Origin: Gammaproteobacteria bacterium
GTDB lineage: Bacteria > Pseudomonadota > Gammaproteobacteria > CAJXQU01
Assembly: GCA_965224825.1 (NCBI GenBank)
Contig: CBDDAG010000003.1
Coordinates: 201,414 to 265,413 of the forward strand
Direction of reading: 5' to 3'
Length of the DNA: 64,000 bases
Position numbers and translations under genes: made by a program. Under the pieces are notes generated by a model, which saw only the letters and a program-made list of their open reading frames with translations, was not told the DNA's origin and made no database searches. This document shows positions 19,696-30,110 of the stretch, piece after piece (within the stretch, counting starts at the first letter, position 1; each line of letters starts with the position of its first letter).

Positions 19696-21134
19696 GACAT
19701 TTCTCCTTTCAACATTTGTTCCATCATCAGGTCTTCAGTCCTATCAAAAGCATTCATACTTTTTGATATAGCAACTGCCTTGCCAACTAAGTCCTGAATT
19801 TGTGAAATTTTTAGATCATCGGGAATATTTTGCCCTTCACTGTAATACGTGACTGGTAATTTGTGTTCAACAATGGCCGATAAAACCGGTCCAAGTGAAG
19901 CCGATTCATCAACTTTTGTGATCATGCATCCACAAGGGTTGATCGGTTTAAATGCCTCAATCATCTGTTGTAATGCATCAGCCTGGACTGTTGCAGATAA
20001 CACCATATAAGCCTTTAGCATTGGTGTGCTGCTCTTGATCATTTTCAGGTTTTCGGCCAGTCTTTCATCCCGATAACTTAATCCTGCCGAATCAATAAGC
20101 ACCAATGGTTTTTCCAGAAAACCATCCAGTGCAGCTTGTAACTCTTGTTCAGAGCCAACGGCACGAACTGGAATTTTCAAGATACTGCCAAGATTCTTAA
20201 GTTGATCAAAAGCACCGAAGCGTTGTGAGTCTGTCGTAATCAAAGCAACACTTTCACGACCATGTCGTGCGGCATATTGAACAGCCAGTTTTGCGATCAG
20301 TGTCGTTTTACCAACACCAGCAGGGCCAACCAGTGCCACAACACCACCATTTGTTAGAATCGTGTCACCTGCGATCGGAACTTGTCTGGCAAACATTGCC
20401 AGTGCTCGATACCAGGCTTTACGATGACCAAGATCTTCCTGAATTCGATAAGCGATGTGACGAGCAACACCCGGCGTTAAACCCAGTGCCACTAATTTTC
20501 TTAATACGCCCGCTCGTACTGGTGATTGACGACTCATTTCACCCCAGGCAAAACCTGAGATCTGAGTCTCTACCAGAGACTTAAGCGAATGTAACTCCCT
20601 GCGCATGTCATCAATTAATGAATCCTGCGTCCAGACAACTTCCGATGATTGGCTCGGAATTTCTTGCTTTGGACTCTCGTGTTTGATTGATTTTTCTGCT
20701 TCAACAATCGTATCAGTTGCAGCGGTCAACTGCTGATCAAACGAATATTTTGCTGCACTGGATAATTCAACTTTGAAATCCAGATCGGGTAAATCCTCTG
20801 ACTCTACTTCCTGTGCTTGTGGACGAGCCGGTGTATATTCAAATTTTGGTTTCTTGATGGTTGGTGCCTGAGTGTTATTGATCAGCTCTTTAGCATGTTC
20901 AACATCCTGACTGACGGGCTGTTCAACAGTTTGATCAACATCAGGAAATGTATATTTTTTTGCTTCCGTTTTCGTCGGTTCCAACAGTGACTCGTCGTAA
21001 TCAACTGCGGCAGTAATCTCAATACCTTCAGGTACTTTTTTGTTTGATAAAATAACAGCATCCGGTCCGTGAAGATCCCGAACGAGTGCCAGCGCAGTGC
21101 GCATATCCTTGGCCACATGGCGACTTACATTCAT
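19692..21134 (-). CDS. flhF: flagellar biosynthesis SRP-type GTPase FlhF
   Basis: SRP-GTPase G domain (GPAGVGKTTLIAKLA, DSAG). Confidence 0.85.
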   Translation of the reverse strand: MNVSRHVAKDMRTALALVRDLHGPDAVILSNKKVPEGIEITAAVDYDESLLEPTKTEAKKYTFPDVDQTVEQPVSQDVEHAKELINNTQAPTIKKPKFEYTPARPQAQEVESEDLPDLDFKVELSSAAKYSFDQQLTAATDTIVEAEKSIKHESPKQEIPSQSSEVVWTQDSLIDDMRRELHSLKSLVETQISGFAWGEMSRQSPVRAGVLRKLVALGLTPGVARHIAYRIQEDLGHRKAWYRALAMFARQVPIAGDTILTNGGVVALVGPAGVGKTTLIAKLAVQYAARHGRESVALITTDSQRFGAFDQLKNLGSILKIPVRAVGSEQELQAALDGFLEKPLVLIDSAGLSYRDERLAENLKMIKSSTPMLKAYMVLSATVQADALQQMIEAFKPINPCGCMITKVDESASLGPVLSAIVEHKLPVTYYSEGQNIPDDLKISQIQDLVGKAVAISKSMNAFDRTEDLMMEQMLKGEMS

Positions 21135-21189
21135 GTGTTTCGCCTCCTTTTATTAATAGTCATCTTTATCATCCTATGTTTCCTAAATC

Positions 21190-23280
21190 CTATTGCCCGC
21201 CTACGCTGGCAATAATTGTGATCTGTTTGCTTTCCGGTATCTCACTAAATGCAAGAACGTTCATACTCGGAACGCTGTGCTTGATAAACCTAGCCAGGAA
21301 TTCCCTGAGATTATCTGGCACCAATAAAATCGCTGGTTGACCTGCCTGTTCCTGTTGATCACTAATGTCTTTCAGTGACTGCAACATCTGGCTCGCAAGT
21401 CCCGGTTCAAGTGCAACTCCGCCATCGCTCATGGCTTTTACTGACTGTTGCAATAACTGTTCCAGAGTTCCATCCAAAGTGATAACCGGTAGATCTTCGT
21501 TCATACCGTTGATTTGTTGGACGATCATGCGTCCCAACGCGATCCGAACAGCAGCAGTGAGAGCGACGGGATCCTGACTTTGTGGTGCGAATTCTGAAAG
21601 CACTTCGATAATCGTTCGCATGTCACGAATGGGTACTGATTCTCTTAAAAGGTTTTGCAGAACCTTGACGACTATCCCAAGTGGTAAAATTTTTGGAACC
21701 AGATCTTCGATCAGTTTCGGTGAGGTTTCCGCCAGCCGATCAAGTAACTGTTGAACTTCATCATGTCCCAGTAATTCGTGAGCATGATCCTGTAATGTCT
21801 GACTTAGATGAGTGGCTACGACGGTGCTGGAATCAACAACGGTGTAGCCCAATGATTGCGCCTGATCACGTTGTGGTGGATCAATCCACCATGCTTCCAG
21901 ACCAAAGACCGGATCATGTCCGGGCAGTCCATTGATCTCCCCATAAACCTGTCCAGGGTTGATCGCCAATTCTTTTTCCATATGGATCTCATCTTCATTG
22001 ATCGTCGCACCCATAAGACTAATCCGGTAAGACGATGGACCCAGATCAAGATTGTCTCGAATATGAACTGGCGGAACGAGAAAACCCAGTTCCTGAGATA
22101 ATTTTTTACGCACACCTTTCAGGCGACCCAATAATTCACCACCCTGATTTTTATCTACAAGAGGAATGAGTCGATAGCCTACTTCAAGACCAATGGCATC
22201 GATCGGCATCACATCATCCCAACTTAATTCTTTGTTCTCTGGTTCTGCTGGTGGAGGTGGTGCTTCTGCTTCAACACGTGCCAACGCTTCCTCTTCCTTT
22301 CTCTGTTTTGACATGTAATAAGCACCCGCTCCAGAAGCACCCGCAAGTGTCAGGAAAACAAGGTTTGGCATGCCAGGGATAATGCCCATCAATCCGATCA
22401 GACCAGCAGAAACACCCAGTGTTTTTGGATTGGCGAATAACTGTGTGACGATTTCTTCGCCCATATCCTGTTCAGTGGAAACACGGGTCACCATGATCGC
22501 GGTTGCAGTCGAAAGCAATAGCGAAGGTATTTGTGCGACCAGACCATCACCAATCGTCAGCAATGTGAAAACACGAGCAGCATCACCGATGCTCATTCCA
22601 TATTGCATTGCACCGATCGCCAGTCCACCAAGAAGGTTGATCACCAGAATAATAATACCGGCGATAGCATCACCTTTTACAAATTTGCTGGCACCATCCA
22701 TTGATCCATAAAAGTCTGCTTCCTGCGTGACTTCCTGACGACGTATTCGTGCTTCGTCCTGATCAATCACACCGGCATTCAGATCCGCATCGATGGCCAT
22801 TTGTTTGCCCGGCATTGCGTCTAAGGTAAACCGGGCGGTTACTTCTGAAATTCGACCAGCACCTTTTGTCACAACGACAAAGTTGATGATCACGAGGATC
22901 GCAAATACGACAAAACCGACGGTATAGTTTCCGCCAACAACAAAATCACCAAAGGCTTCGATAACTTTTCCGGCAGCTCCGGTGCCTTCTTTTCCGTGCA
23001 ATAAAACAACACGGGTCGAGGCGATGTTCAAACTAAGTCTTAGTAATGTCGAAATCAGCAGGATTGTCGGAAAAACGCCAAAATCCAGTGGCCGTCTGCT
23101 ATAAATCACCGCCAGTAATATGACCAGCGACAGAGAGATATTGAAGGTAAAAAGAAGATCGAGAAAAAACGTCGGCATTGGCATCATCATCATTGCCAAC
23201 ATCGATAGCAACAATAACGGAACACCAAGTCCGTATTTGTTTAGTTCTTTAAATCCACCTAAAGCTAATGGTTGCGCCAT
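21190..23280 (-). CDS. flhA: flagellar export apparatus protein FlhA
   Basis: 696 aa, N-terminal 8-TM domain plus cytoplasmic FlhA_C. Confidence 0.95.
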   Translation of the reverse strand: MAQPLALGGFKELNKYGLGVPLLLLSMLAMMMMPMPTFFLDLLFTFNISLSLVILLAVIYSRRPLDFGVFPTILLISTLLRLSLNIASTRVVLLHGKEGTGAAGKVIEAFGDFVVGGNYTVGFVVFAILVIINFVVVTKGAGRISEVTARFTLDAMPGKQMAIDADLNAGVIDQDEARIRRQEVTQEADFYGSMDGASKFVKGDAIAGIIILVINLLGGLAIGAMQYGMSIGDAARVFTLLTIGDGLVAQIPSLLLSTATAIMVTRVSTEQDMGEEIVTQLFANPKTLGVSAGLIGLMGIIPGMPNLVFLTLAGASGAGAYYMSKQRKEEEALARVEAEAPPPPAEPENKELSWDDVMPIDAIGLEVGYRLIPLVDKNQGGELLGRLKGVRKKLSQELGFLVPPVHIRDNLDLGPSSYRISLMGATINEDEIHMEKELAINPGQVYGEINGLPGHDPVFGLEAWWIDPPQRDQAQSLGYTVVDSSTVVATHLSQTLQDHAHELLGHDEVQQLLDRLAETSPKLIEDLVPKILPLGIVVKVLQNLLRESVPIRDMRTIIEVLSEFAPQSQDPVALTAAVRIALGRMIVQQINGMNEDLPVITLDGTLEQLLQQSVKAMSDGGVALEPGLASQMLQSLKDISDQQEQAGQPAILLVPDNLREFLARFIKHSVPSMNVLAFSEIPESKQITIIASVGGQ

Positions 23281-23292
23281 TTTACTAACTAT

Positions 23293-24420
23293 TTACCTTC
23301 TCAATTCATCGGGTATTGGGAGATCCTTTGGCACAGGTTGTATGTCAGTCGCTTTGGGATTTGCCTTAATCTGGAAGACATATGCCAACACTTGTGCCAC
23401 CGCTTTATACAAGCCGGCCGGAATTTCCTGGTTTATCTCAGTGCTGTAATACAAGGCTCGTGCCAACGGTGGCGTTTCGAGGATCGGAATGTGATTATTT
23501 TGCCCAATTTCACGAATTTTGAAGGCAATTTCGTCCGCACCTTTAGCCACAACTTTTGGCGCGCCACCGTTTTCCGTATCGTATTTTAGAGCGATAGAAA
23601 AGTGGGTCGGGTTGGTGACGATAACATCGGCTTTCGGCACTTCTTCCATCATTCTTTGCTGTGCCATTTCCTGCTGTTTCTGACGGACTTTTGCCTTCAC
23701 TTCCGGCATACCATCCGTATCTTTGTGTTCCTGCTTGATCTGCTCTCGAGTCATTTTGAGTTTTTTACTGTTCTGCCAAAGTTGCTGAGGAACATCGACA
23801 AAAACGATCAAAAGAGTTGCGGAACTGACCAGTAGAAATGTCCATGCAACCACTCCCGCAACATGCTCAAGACTACCGTTTAGATCGCCCTGACCTATGT
23901 TCATAATCTCGGGTATCTGTTTTTTGATCATAAAAAAAGCGGCCACTGCGATCACGGAAAACTTAAGCAATGTTTTAAATAATTCAACCAGACTATTCGG
24001 ACCAAAAACACGTTTAATCCCGCTGAGCGGATTCATTTTACTGGCTTTGAATTTGACCGCATCGATACTGAAATTCCACCCACTCAACAACATCGGCGAA
24101 ACCAGCGCGACAAAGACCATCACAACCACAAAGGGAAGCATGATCAGAACCATGTTATTGAGTGCGCCAAGAAAAATGGCTGGTAACTCTCTGGCGGCAA
24201 GATCAACATCCGCAGCACGCATAAAAAATGATTTCATGTTGTCGGAGATCCCGCTCACCATCCCTGGGCCTAGTGTCAACATGGAGATAGATGCTGCCAT
24301 CAACATCATCATGGTTGTCAGATCTTTTGATCGTGGAATGTCCCCTTTTTTGCGTGCGTCTTCTTTGCGCTTGGGGGTGGCTTCTTCGGTCCGATCCTGC
24401 CCAGTATCTTCTTCAGCCAT
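23293..24420 (-). CDS. flhB: flagellar export switch protein FlhB
   Basis: 375 aa with a conserved NPTH autocleavage motif (VIVTNPTHFSIAL). Confidence 0.9.
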   Translation of the reverse strand: MAEEDTGQDRTEEATPKRKEDARKKGDIPRSKDLTTMMMLMAASISMLTLGPGMVSGISDNMKSFFMRAADVDLAARELPAIFLGALNNMVLIMLPFVVVMVFVALVSPMLLSGWNFSIDAVKFKASKMNPLSGIKRVFGPNSLVELFKTLLKFSVIAVAAFFMIKKQIPEIMNIGQGDLNGSLEHVAGVVAWTFLLVSSATLLIVFVDVPQQLWQNSKKLKMTREQIKQEHKDTDGMPEVKAKVRQKQQEMAQQRMMEEVPKADVIVTNPTHFSIALKYDTENGGAPKVVAKGADEIAFKIREIGQNNHIPILETPPLARALYYSTEINQEIPAGLYKAVAQVLAYVFQIKANPKATDIQPVPKDLPIPDELRR

Positions 24421-24423
24421 GAG

Positions 24424-25206
24424 TTATGGACTCTCTATTCTTGCAAGACTTTTTGCATGCAAAAAAGCCTGTTCAAAAAGATCAGTAAAGTGACCTTGCA
24501 TATTCGATAAGGTCATTGAAATTATAAACATGCCCATGATCATCATGATCGGGAAACCCACTGCAAAAATATTTAATTGTGGTGCGGCACGGGTCATAAC
24601 ACCGAAGGAAAGGTTGACGATCATCATTGCGGCAATTGCAGGTAATGCGATCAGGACTGCACTGGAAAGTAACCATCCTCCCCACTGAACGACACCCCAT
24701 GCGTCGTCACGTGTGATCCCGTCTATTCCGATTGGCAAGGTTTTGAAACTATCGGTAACGACCTGAATCATGATCAAATGACCATTCAAACTGAAGAACA
24801 TCAAAGTTGCGAGAATGACATAGAACTGACTAACCACCGGAACCTGTCTGCCTGAAGCCGGATCAACCATCGCGGCAAAACCAAGTCCCATTTGCATCGC
24901 GATCACTTCTCCACCCACTTCCAGCACCATGAAAATTATTCTGATCACGATCCCCATTCCTGCTCCAATCATGACCTGTTGAACGGTGATCATCAGACCT
25001 GTTGCGGAAACAGGATCAATGTAGTCAAACGGGGGAACAGAAGGTGCAACAATAATCGCAATACTGACCGCCAGAATTAAGCGCAGCGTGACGGGAACGG
25101 TTCTGGTACCAATGAATGGTGCTGTCATCAATAAACCAGCTATGCGAAAAAAAGGCCATAACCAGGCTTCGATCAGTCCGATTAGCTGGGTATCTGTGAA
25201 TAACAC
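24424..25206 (-). CDS. fliR: flagellar export protein FliR
   Basis: 260 aa polytopic membrane protein; position in the fliPQR module. Confidence 0.85.
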   Translation of the reverse strand: MLFTDTQLIGLIEAWLWPFFRIAGLLMTAPFIGTRTVPVTLRLILAVSIAIIVAPSVPPFDYIDPVSATGLMITVQQVMIGAGMGIVIRIIFMVLEVGGEVIAMQMGLGFAAMVDPASGRQVPVVSQFYVILATLMFFSLNGHLIMIQVVTDSFKTLPIGIDGITRDDAWGVVQWGGWLLSSAVLIALPAIAAMMIVNLSFGVMTRAAPQLNIFAVGFPIMMIMGMFIISMTLSNMQGHFTDLFEQAFLHAKSLARIESP

Positions 25207-25208
25207 TT

Positions 25209-25481
25209 TTAACCTCCAACGACTGTTGGAATGGTTTCAAATATTTGCAGGGTAAAATCGGTTAGTAGTCTCAGCATCAACGGGCCACCAAGCGACAACA
25301 CCAGCATGGTAACAAGTAACTTGGGAATAAAACTTAAGGTCTGTTCATTGATCTGTGTAGCGGCCTGAAAGATACTGACCAGCAAGCCAACGGCCAGTGC
25401 AGGCAACAACATGATCATCATCAGCGTTGTTGCCAACTCTAATGCTCTGTGTCCAATGGTGATGGCAAATTCTGGCGTCAT
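25209..25481 (-). CDS. fliQ: flagellar export protein FliQ
   Basis: 90 aa, two TM helices. Confidence 0.9.
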   Translation of the reverse strand: MTPEFAITIGHRALELATTLMMIMLLPALAVGLLVSIFQAATQINEQTLSFIPKLLVTMLVLSLGGPLMLRLLTDFTLQIFETIPTVVGG

Positions 25482-26215
25482 GTGTAGAAACTCGCTGCCA
25501 GCGATCCAACAATCATTACCCAGCCATCTACCAGAACAAATAACATGATCTTGAACGGGAGTGAGATAATCATAGGGGACAACATCATCATACCCATGGA
25601 CATCAGAACACTGGCGACCACCAGATCAATCACCAGAAAAGGAATAAAAATAAGGAAGCCGATCTGGAAGGCTGTTTTTAATTCACTGGTTAAAAAAGAG
25701 GGGACTAAAATTGATAATGGCACATCTGCTGGCTGACTAAACTCTCCAGCTTTAGCAATCCCGGAAAACATTTTTATGTCCGTTTCTCTTGTCTGCGCCA
25801 TCATAAATTCGCGCAAGGGAAGACTGGCAACCTGCAATGCTTCCATCATGTCCATTTCCTCATTCAAATAAGGTGTCGCAGCATCTTCATAAATCTTGTC
25901 GAAGACGGGAGCCATGATGAAAAAAGTAAGAAATAATGCAATCCCGATCAGAATCTGACTGGAAGGCGTTTGTGCTGTTCCCAATGCCTGACGGAGAATG
26001 GCTAAAACAATAATGATCCGCGTAAAAGAGGTCATCATCAAAAATATTGCCGGTAACAAGGTCAATACTGTCATCAGTATCAACACTTGCAAGGTCAAGC
26101 TATAACTTTGTCCACCATCTTCATTCGTTGTTATGGTCAGCGCTTCCAGACCGCCGGCAGCCATGACTGACGATGAGAAAAACATCATGCTCACGATCAG
26201 AAAAATTCTTTTCAT
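25478..26215 (-). CDS. fliP: flagellar export protein FliP
   Basis: 245 aa with signal peptide; conserved FliP core. Confidence 0.9.
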   Translation of the reverse strand: MKRIFLIVSMMFFSSSVMAAGGLEALTITTNEDGGQSYSLTLQVLILMTVLTLLPAIFLMMTSFTRIIIVLAILRQALGTAQTPSSQILIGIALFLTFFIMAPVFDKIYEDAATPYLNEEMDMMEALQVASLPLREFMMAQTRETDIKMFSGIAKAGEFSQPADVPLSILVPSFLTSELKTAFQIGFLIFIPFLVIDLVVASVLMSMGMMMLSPMIISLPFKIMLFVLVDGWVMIVGSLAASFYT

Positions 26216-26655
26216 GACTGATCCTTTGATTCTTCTTGTTGAGGATTCAGCCTGTTTTTTAACTGCTTTTGTAATAGTCCAGAAAAGCCATTTTCGGTTG
26301 TATTTTCTTGTGGGTCGATCACGGCTTCATCAAACGTTGCGATCGAAGAAATTCCACCTGGAGACACACCGATCAAGACCTGTTTCTCTCCAACCTGGAT
26401 AAGCAACACACGATCACGGGCGCTAACAGAAACGCCATCAATAACCTGCATTTTTCCGCCAGTATTAGAACGAAAGTTTCCCATGCGTTTTAATACAAAA
26501 ACGATCGCACCGAATAACAATAAAACTGCAGCCAGCCCGGCAAATACCTGGATAATACTTCCTGCCGAGAGTGGCTCCATGAGAGGTGCTTTTTTTTCTT
26601 CTGCAAGAACGACAGAAGGAATGATCAGGAATATAAAAAAGAAAAAATGTTTCAT
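26212..26655 (-). CDS. fliO: flagellar protein FliO
   Basis: 147 aa with single TM; position between fliN and fliP. Confidence 0.6.
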   Translation of the reverse strand: MKHFFFFIFLIIPSVVLAEEKKAPLMEPLSAGSIIQVFAGLAAVLLLFGAIVFVLKRMGNFRSNTGGKMQVIDGVSVSARDRVLLIQVGEKQVLIGVSPGGISSIATFDEAVIDPQENTTENGFSGLLQKQLKNRLNPQQEESKDQS

Positions 26656-26665
26656 GTTTTTTTAT

Positions 26666-27214
26666 TTATTTGAGTTTCTTAACTCGTTCCTGAGCACTGA
26701 TTACATCTGTCAGACGAATACCAAATTTTTCATTGACGACCACGACTTCACCATGTGCAACCAACGTTCCATTAACCAGAACATCCAGTGGTTCACCAGC
26801 GAGTCGATCAAGTTCTACGACAGAACCCTGATTCAATTGCAAAAGGTTTCTGATTGCGATTTTTGTACTACCAATCTCAACAGCCAGCGTCACAGGAATA
26901 TCCAGAATCTGGTCAAGATTTCCACCATCGCCCCCTGCTCCGGCACCCGGATCAGCTGTTAATTGCTCAAATCCTGCAACACTAGCATCGACAGCAGCTT
27001 CGCCTTCAGCTTGCTCAGATAAAGCATCACCCCAATCGGCATCATCACCGCCAGCAGACTCACCTTCAGCCTGTTCAGCAAGTGCGTCACCCCAGTCAGC
27101 CTCTTCACCACCAGTAGCTTCACCTTCGGCTTGTTCAGCCATGGCATCACCCCAATCCGCATCTGCAGAAGCATCTTCCGATACCTCTTGATCTTCTGTT
27201 ACTTCGTCTGTCAT
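26666..27214 (-). CDS. fliN: flagellar motor switch protein FliN with N-terminal tandem 20-aa acidic repeats
   Basis: C-terminal SpoA domain (LDQILDIPVTLAVEIGSTKIAIRNLLQL...); N-terminal region has 3 copies of ADWGDALAEQAEGE..GG... Confidence 0.85.
   Translation of the reverse strand: MTDEVTEDQEVSEDASADADWGDAMAEQAEGEATGGEEADWGDALAEQAEGESAGGDDADWGDALSEQAEGEAAVDASVAGFEQLTADPGAGAGGDGGNLDQILDIPVTLAVEIGSTKIAIRNLLQLNQGSVVELDRLAGEPLDVLVNGTLVAHGEVVVVNEKFGIRLTDVISAQERVKKLK
27001..27180. repeat. three imperfect 60-bp tandem repeats inside fliN (encode the 20-aa ADWGDALAEQAEGE..GG.. repeats)
   Basis: The three 60-nt lines starting at 27001, 27061 and 27121 are clearly homologous (cacc-ttcagc-ctgttcagc...tcacccca-tc-gc). 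Confidence 0.7.
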
Positions 27215-27239
27215 TTGTTACTCCTAACTAATTGCTGTT

Positions 27240-28223
27240 CTAGTTGATGGAACCAAAAACCTCATCCACTTTCAAAGCACAATTTCCACGAGACTCTCCG
27301 TATCGAGCTTTGAAAACGGGTACACCATCAACTTTTGCTACTACATGATCTTCAATATCCACCGGAATAATGTCACCTTCCTGCATATCAAGAACATCAC
27401 GTAAAGTAATTTCTCTACTGGTTAAAATACTGTTTATTTCCACAGGTGCCGTCGCCAGCTCTTCGCGTAAAGACATCACCCAACGTTCATCCGTATCCGA
27501 TGCATCACTCTGCATACCGGCATCAAGCATTTCTCTGATCGGTTCGATGGTCGAATAAGGTAAAGCGATCTGTAACGAACCGCCTCCACCATCCAGATCA
27601 ACATGAAAATTAGAAACAATCATAACTTCACTGGGACTCACCACGTTTGCAAATTGTGGGTTCACTTCAGAATTCAAATACTGATAATCGATGTCCATAA
27701 CCGGCTTCCAGGCCTTTTGCATATCACCAAAAATCTCTTCCAGAACATTCATGACAATCCGCATTTCTGTCGCCGAAAAATCACGTCCCTCGATCTTGGT
27801 ATGAAAGCGTCCTGCACCACCGAAAAAATTATCCACCAATGAATAAACCAGTTTCGGATTCATTACGAAAAGTACTGTTCCGCGTAATGGGTTCATTTTC
27901 ACCATGTTCATATTTGAAGGCATAAACAAAGTGTGGATGTATTCTCCAAACTTCATCATTTCGATACCTTCAACCGAGATCTCAGGTGAACGTCTTAAAA
28001 TATTAAATAAGCTGACACGGAAATTTCGAGCAAATCGCTCATTGATCATCTCAAGTGTCGGTAGACGACCACGAACAATTCGATCCTGCGAATTAAAGTC
28101 ATAACCCTTCGCCGATCCGTCTTCAGCTTCCTCTTCCTGATTAGCGGTTTCGACATCACCGCCATCCACTCCATTTAAAAGAGCATCGATCTCATCCTGC
28201 GAAAGAATATCTGCGCCAGCCAT
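27240..28223 (-). CDS. fliM: flagellar motor switch protein FliM
   Basis: 327 aa with a CheY-P binding N-terminal LSQDEIDALL motif. Confidence 0.9.
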   Translation of the reverse strand: MAGADILSQDEIDALLNGVDGGDVETANQEEEAEDGSAKGYDFNSQDRIVRGRLPTLEMINERFARNFRVSLFNILRRSPEISVEGIEMMKFGEYIHTLFMPSNMNMVKMNPLRGTVLFVMNPKLVYSLVDNFFGGAGRFHTKIEGRDFSATEMRIVMNVLEEIFGDMQKAWKPVMDIDYQYLNSEVNPQFANVVSPSEVMIVSNFHVDLDGGGGSLQIALPYSTIEPIREMLDAGMQSDASDTDERWVMSLREELATAPVEINSILTSREITLRDVLDMQEGDIIPVDIEDHVVAKVDGVPVFKARYGESRGNCALKVDEVFGSIN

Positions 28224-28256
28224 ACTTTTTCCTTATCTTGTCCTTATGATCCGATT

Positions 28257-28793
28257 TTATTGCGTGACGAAAGATGTATATAAAAGGTCATCAACATTTT
28301 TTCCACCCATCGCCTCTTTCAAAACACTCTGAATTTCTCCAAGTGCCTCGGCTCGCATATTTTCTTTTCCATCTGCTGTTCCCAGATCTTCAAATTTCTG
28401 ACGACTGAAAACCATATTCACAACATGCTGGATCTTCGGAAGGTGTTTCTTAATATCATCCAGCCTGTCTTCATCTTCAGTCATCAAAGTCACTTCTGCT
28501 TTTAGAAAACGGGTTTTACCATCTGCCGTCTGATAATTAACCACGACTGGTTTTGCAAACGGTAGATAAGCAATATCCTTAGGCTCTGCCTCTTCTTCAG
28601 CAGCTTCTTCACCCTCAGCAACAGCCTCTTCATCACCGCCCATAAAGTACATCGCGCCACCAGCACCGCCACCAAGAACCAGCAAAGCACCAACGATCAT
28701 AATGATCAGCTTTTTCTTGCTACCACCAGACTTATTCTCTTCTGCGCCTTCTTCTGCACCTTCTTCAAGACCTTCTTCATTTTCATCAACCAT
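28257..28793 (-). CDS. fliL: flagellar basal body-associated protein FliL
   Basis: 178 aa, acidic N-terminus, single TM, FliL domain; first gene of the fliLMNOPQR operon. Confidence 0.75.
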   Translation of the reverse strand: MVDENEEGLEEGAEEGAEENKSGGSKKKLIIMIVGALLVLGGGAGGAMYFMGGDEEAVAEGEEAAEEEAEPKDIAYLPFAKPVVVNYQTADGKTRFLKAEVTLMTEDEDRLDDIKKHLPKIQHVVNMVFSRQKFEDLGTADGKENMRAEALGEIQSVLKEAMGGKNVDDLLYTSFVTQ

Positions 28794-28871
28794 CGTTCTG
28801 TCCTCTTCGTTTCACTTACGCTAAGGTAGCAATCGCCATGCCATAAGCCATTACCTATATCTAACAAACAG

Positions 28872-28887
28872 TTACAAGAATCCTGCC
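28872..28887 (-). promoter_or_regulatory. sigma54 (RpoN) -24/-12 promoter candidate upstream of fliL
   Basis: Minus strand reads TGGCAG-gattc-TTGTA (consensus TGGCAC-N5-TTGCA) about 65 nt upstream of the fliL ATG. Confidence 0.4.
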
Positions 28888-28998
28888 AATCCCATGACAG
28901 GCAATTGACTCTTTTTTCACCTCAAAAAACACGCACAATTTGATCCAGGTCTGCAGCGCATTACAATGAGGAATAACAGACAAAGAAATCAAAGAGTG

Positions 28999-29403
28999 AT
29001 GACGCACAATAAAGACAAAGAAATCAAAGAGTTAAGAATAGACAAATGGCTCTGGGTAACTCGCTTCTACAAAACACGTGGACTCGCCTCAGAAGCGATC
29101 AAAGGAGGGAAAATTGACGTCAATGGATCGCATGCAAAACCATCAAAAACTGTGCAGATCAATGATCTGATCAAGATCAAAAAAAGCCCCTTCGTCTATG
29201 AAATTACCGTCAAAGGAGTGTCAAAACATCGTGGATCTGCCAGTGTTGCCGTTCTCCTTTACGAAGAATCAGAACAAAGTATTGCCACCAGAGCAAAACT
29301 TTCAGAACAACTAAAAGCCGAATCAGCCTTACGCCCGGCAACACCAGGACGACCCAGTAAACGTGATCGAAGAAATATTATTCGCTTTACACGGAAGAGT
29401 TAG
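28999..29403 (+). CDS. hslR: ribosome-associated heat shock protein Hsp15 (S4-domain)
   Basis: RIDKWLWVTRFYKTRGLASEAIKGGKIDVNG... parallels E. coli Hsp15. The ORF-track start at 28966 is probably a frame extension created by a 19-nt direct repeat; start placed at ATG 28999. Confidence 0.7.
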   Translation: MTHNKDKEIKELRIDKWLWVTRFYKTRGLASEAIKGGKIDVNGSHAKPSKTVQINDLIKIKKSPFVYEITVKGVSKHRGSASVAVLLYEESEQSIATRAKLSEQLKAESALRPATPGRPSKRDRRNIIRFTRKS

Positions 29404-29409
29404 ATCACG

Positions 29410-30021
29410 ATGACGCTGAGCAATATCGTCGCACTATTTACCACCATGCTTGTTCTGGCAGCAATCCCCAGTATCAGTGTGTTGGCCGTCACAGCAAGAT
29501 CAGCTTCATCCGGATTTGTTCACGGTGTTTTTACAACCATTGGGATCGTGCTTGGCGATATTATTTTTATACTGATCGCTATTTTTGGTTTATCGATCCT
29601 TGCTGAATCTATGGGCAGTTTCTTTGTCCTGATCAAATATCTTGGAGGCACTTATCTGATCTGGCTGGGAATTTCTTTGTGGCGATCAAAACCACTAAAT
29701 ACGGAAACTGAAAGTGCAACAGAAACTTCCCTGTTATCCAGTTTCCTGACAGGACTTTTTATTACATTAGGCGATCAAAAAGCAATCCTGTTTTATCTTG
29801 GGTTCTTCCCTGCTTTTCTTGATCTATCGACACTCTCTTTTGCTGACACAAGTATCATTATAATGATCGCTATCATGACAGTTGGTGGTGTAAAACTTTG
29901 CTATGCATTCATGGCGAGTAGATCGAAATTGTTTATTAGCCCCATAGCTAAAAAAAGAATAGACATTATTGCGGGCGGTGTGATGATTGTTATTGGGATG
30001 GTTTTAATGATAAAGGCTTAA
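29410..30021 (+). CDS. LysE/RhtB family amino-acid exporter
   Basis: 203 aa, 6 TM helices; N-terminal pattern typical of RhtB/LysE translocators. Confidence 0.75.
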   Translation: MTLSNIVALFTTMLVLAAIPSISVLAVTARSASSGFVHGVFTTIGIVLGDIIFILIAIFGLSILAESMGSFFVLIKYLGGTYLIWLGISLWRSKPLNTETESATETSLLSSFLTGLFITLGDQKAILFYLGFFPAFLDLSTLSFADTSIIIMIAIMTVGGVKLCYAFMASRSKLFISPIAKKRIDIIAGGVMIVIGMVLMIKA

Positions 30022-30079
30022 AAAAAATGTATTAGCAAGAACTAAAGATATTACTTTTACACCAATCTCTAAATCTTTC

Positions 30080-30110
30080 AGAAAATAAAAAGCCCCCGCT
30101 GGGAGGGCTT
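30080..30110 (-). terminator. strong minus-strand intrinsic terminator (GCCCUCCCAGCGGGGGC + UUUUUAUUUU)
   Basis: The hairpin is better as minus-strand RNA (G-U wobble versus a C-A mismatch on plus) and the U-tract is present only on the minus strand. Confidence 0.6.
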
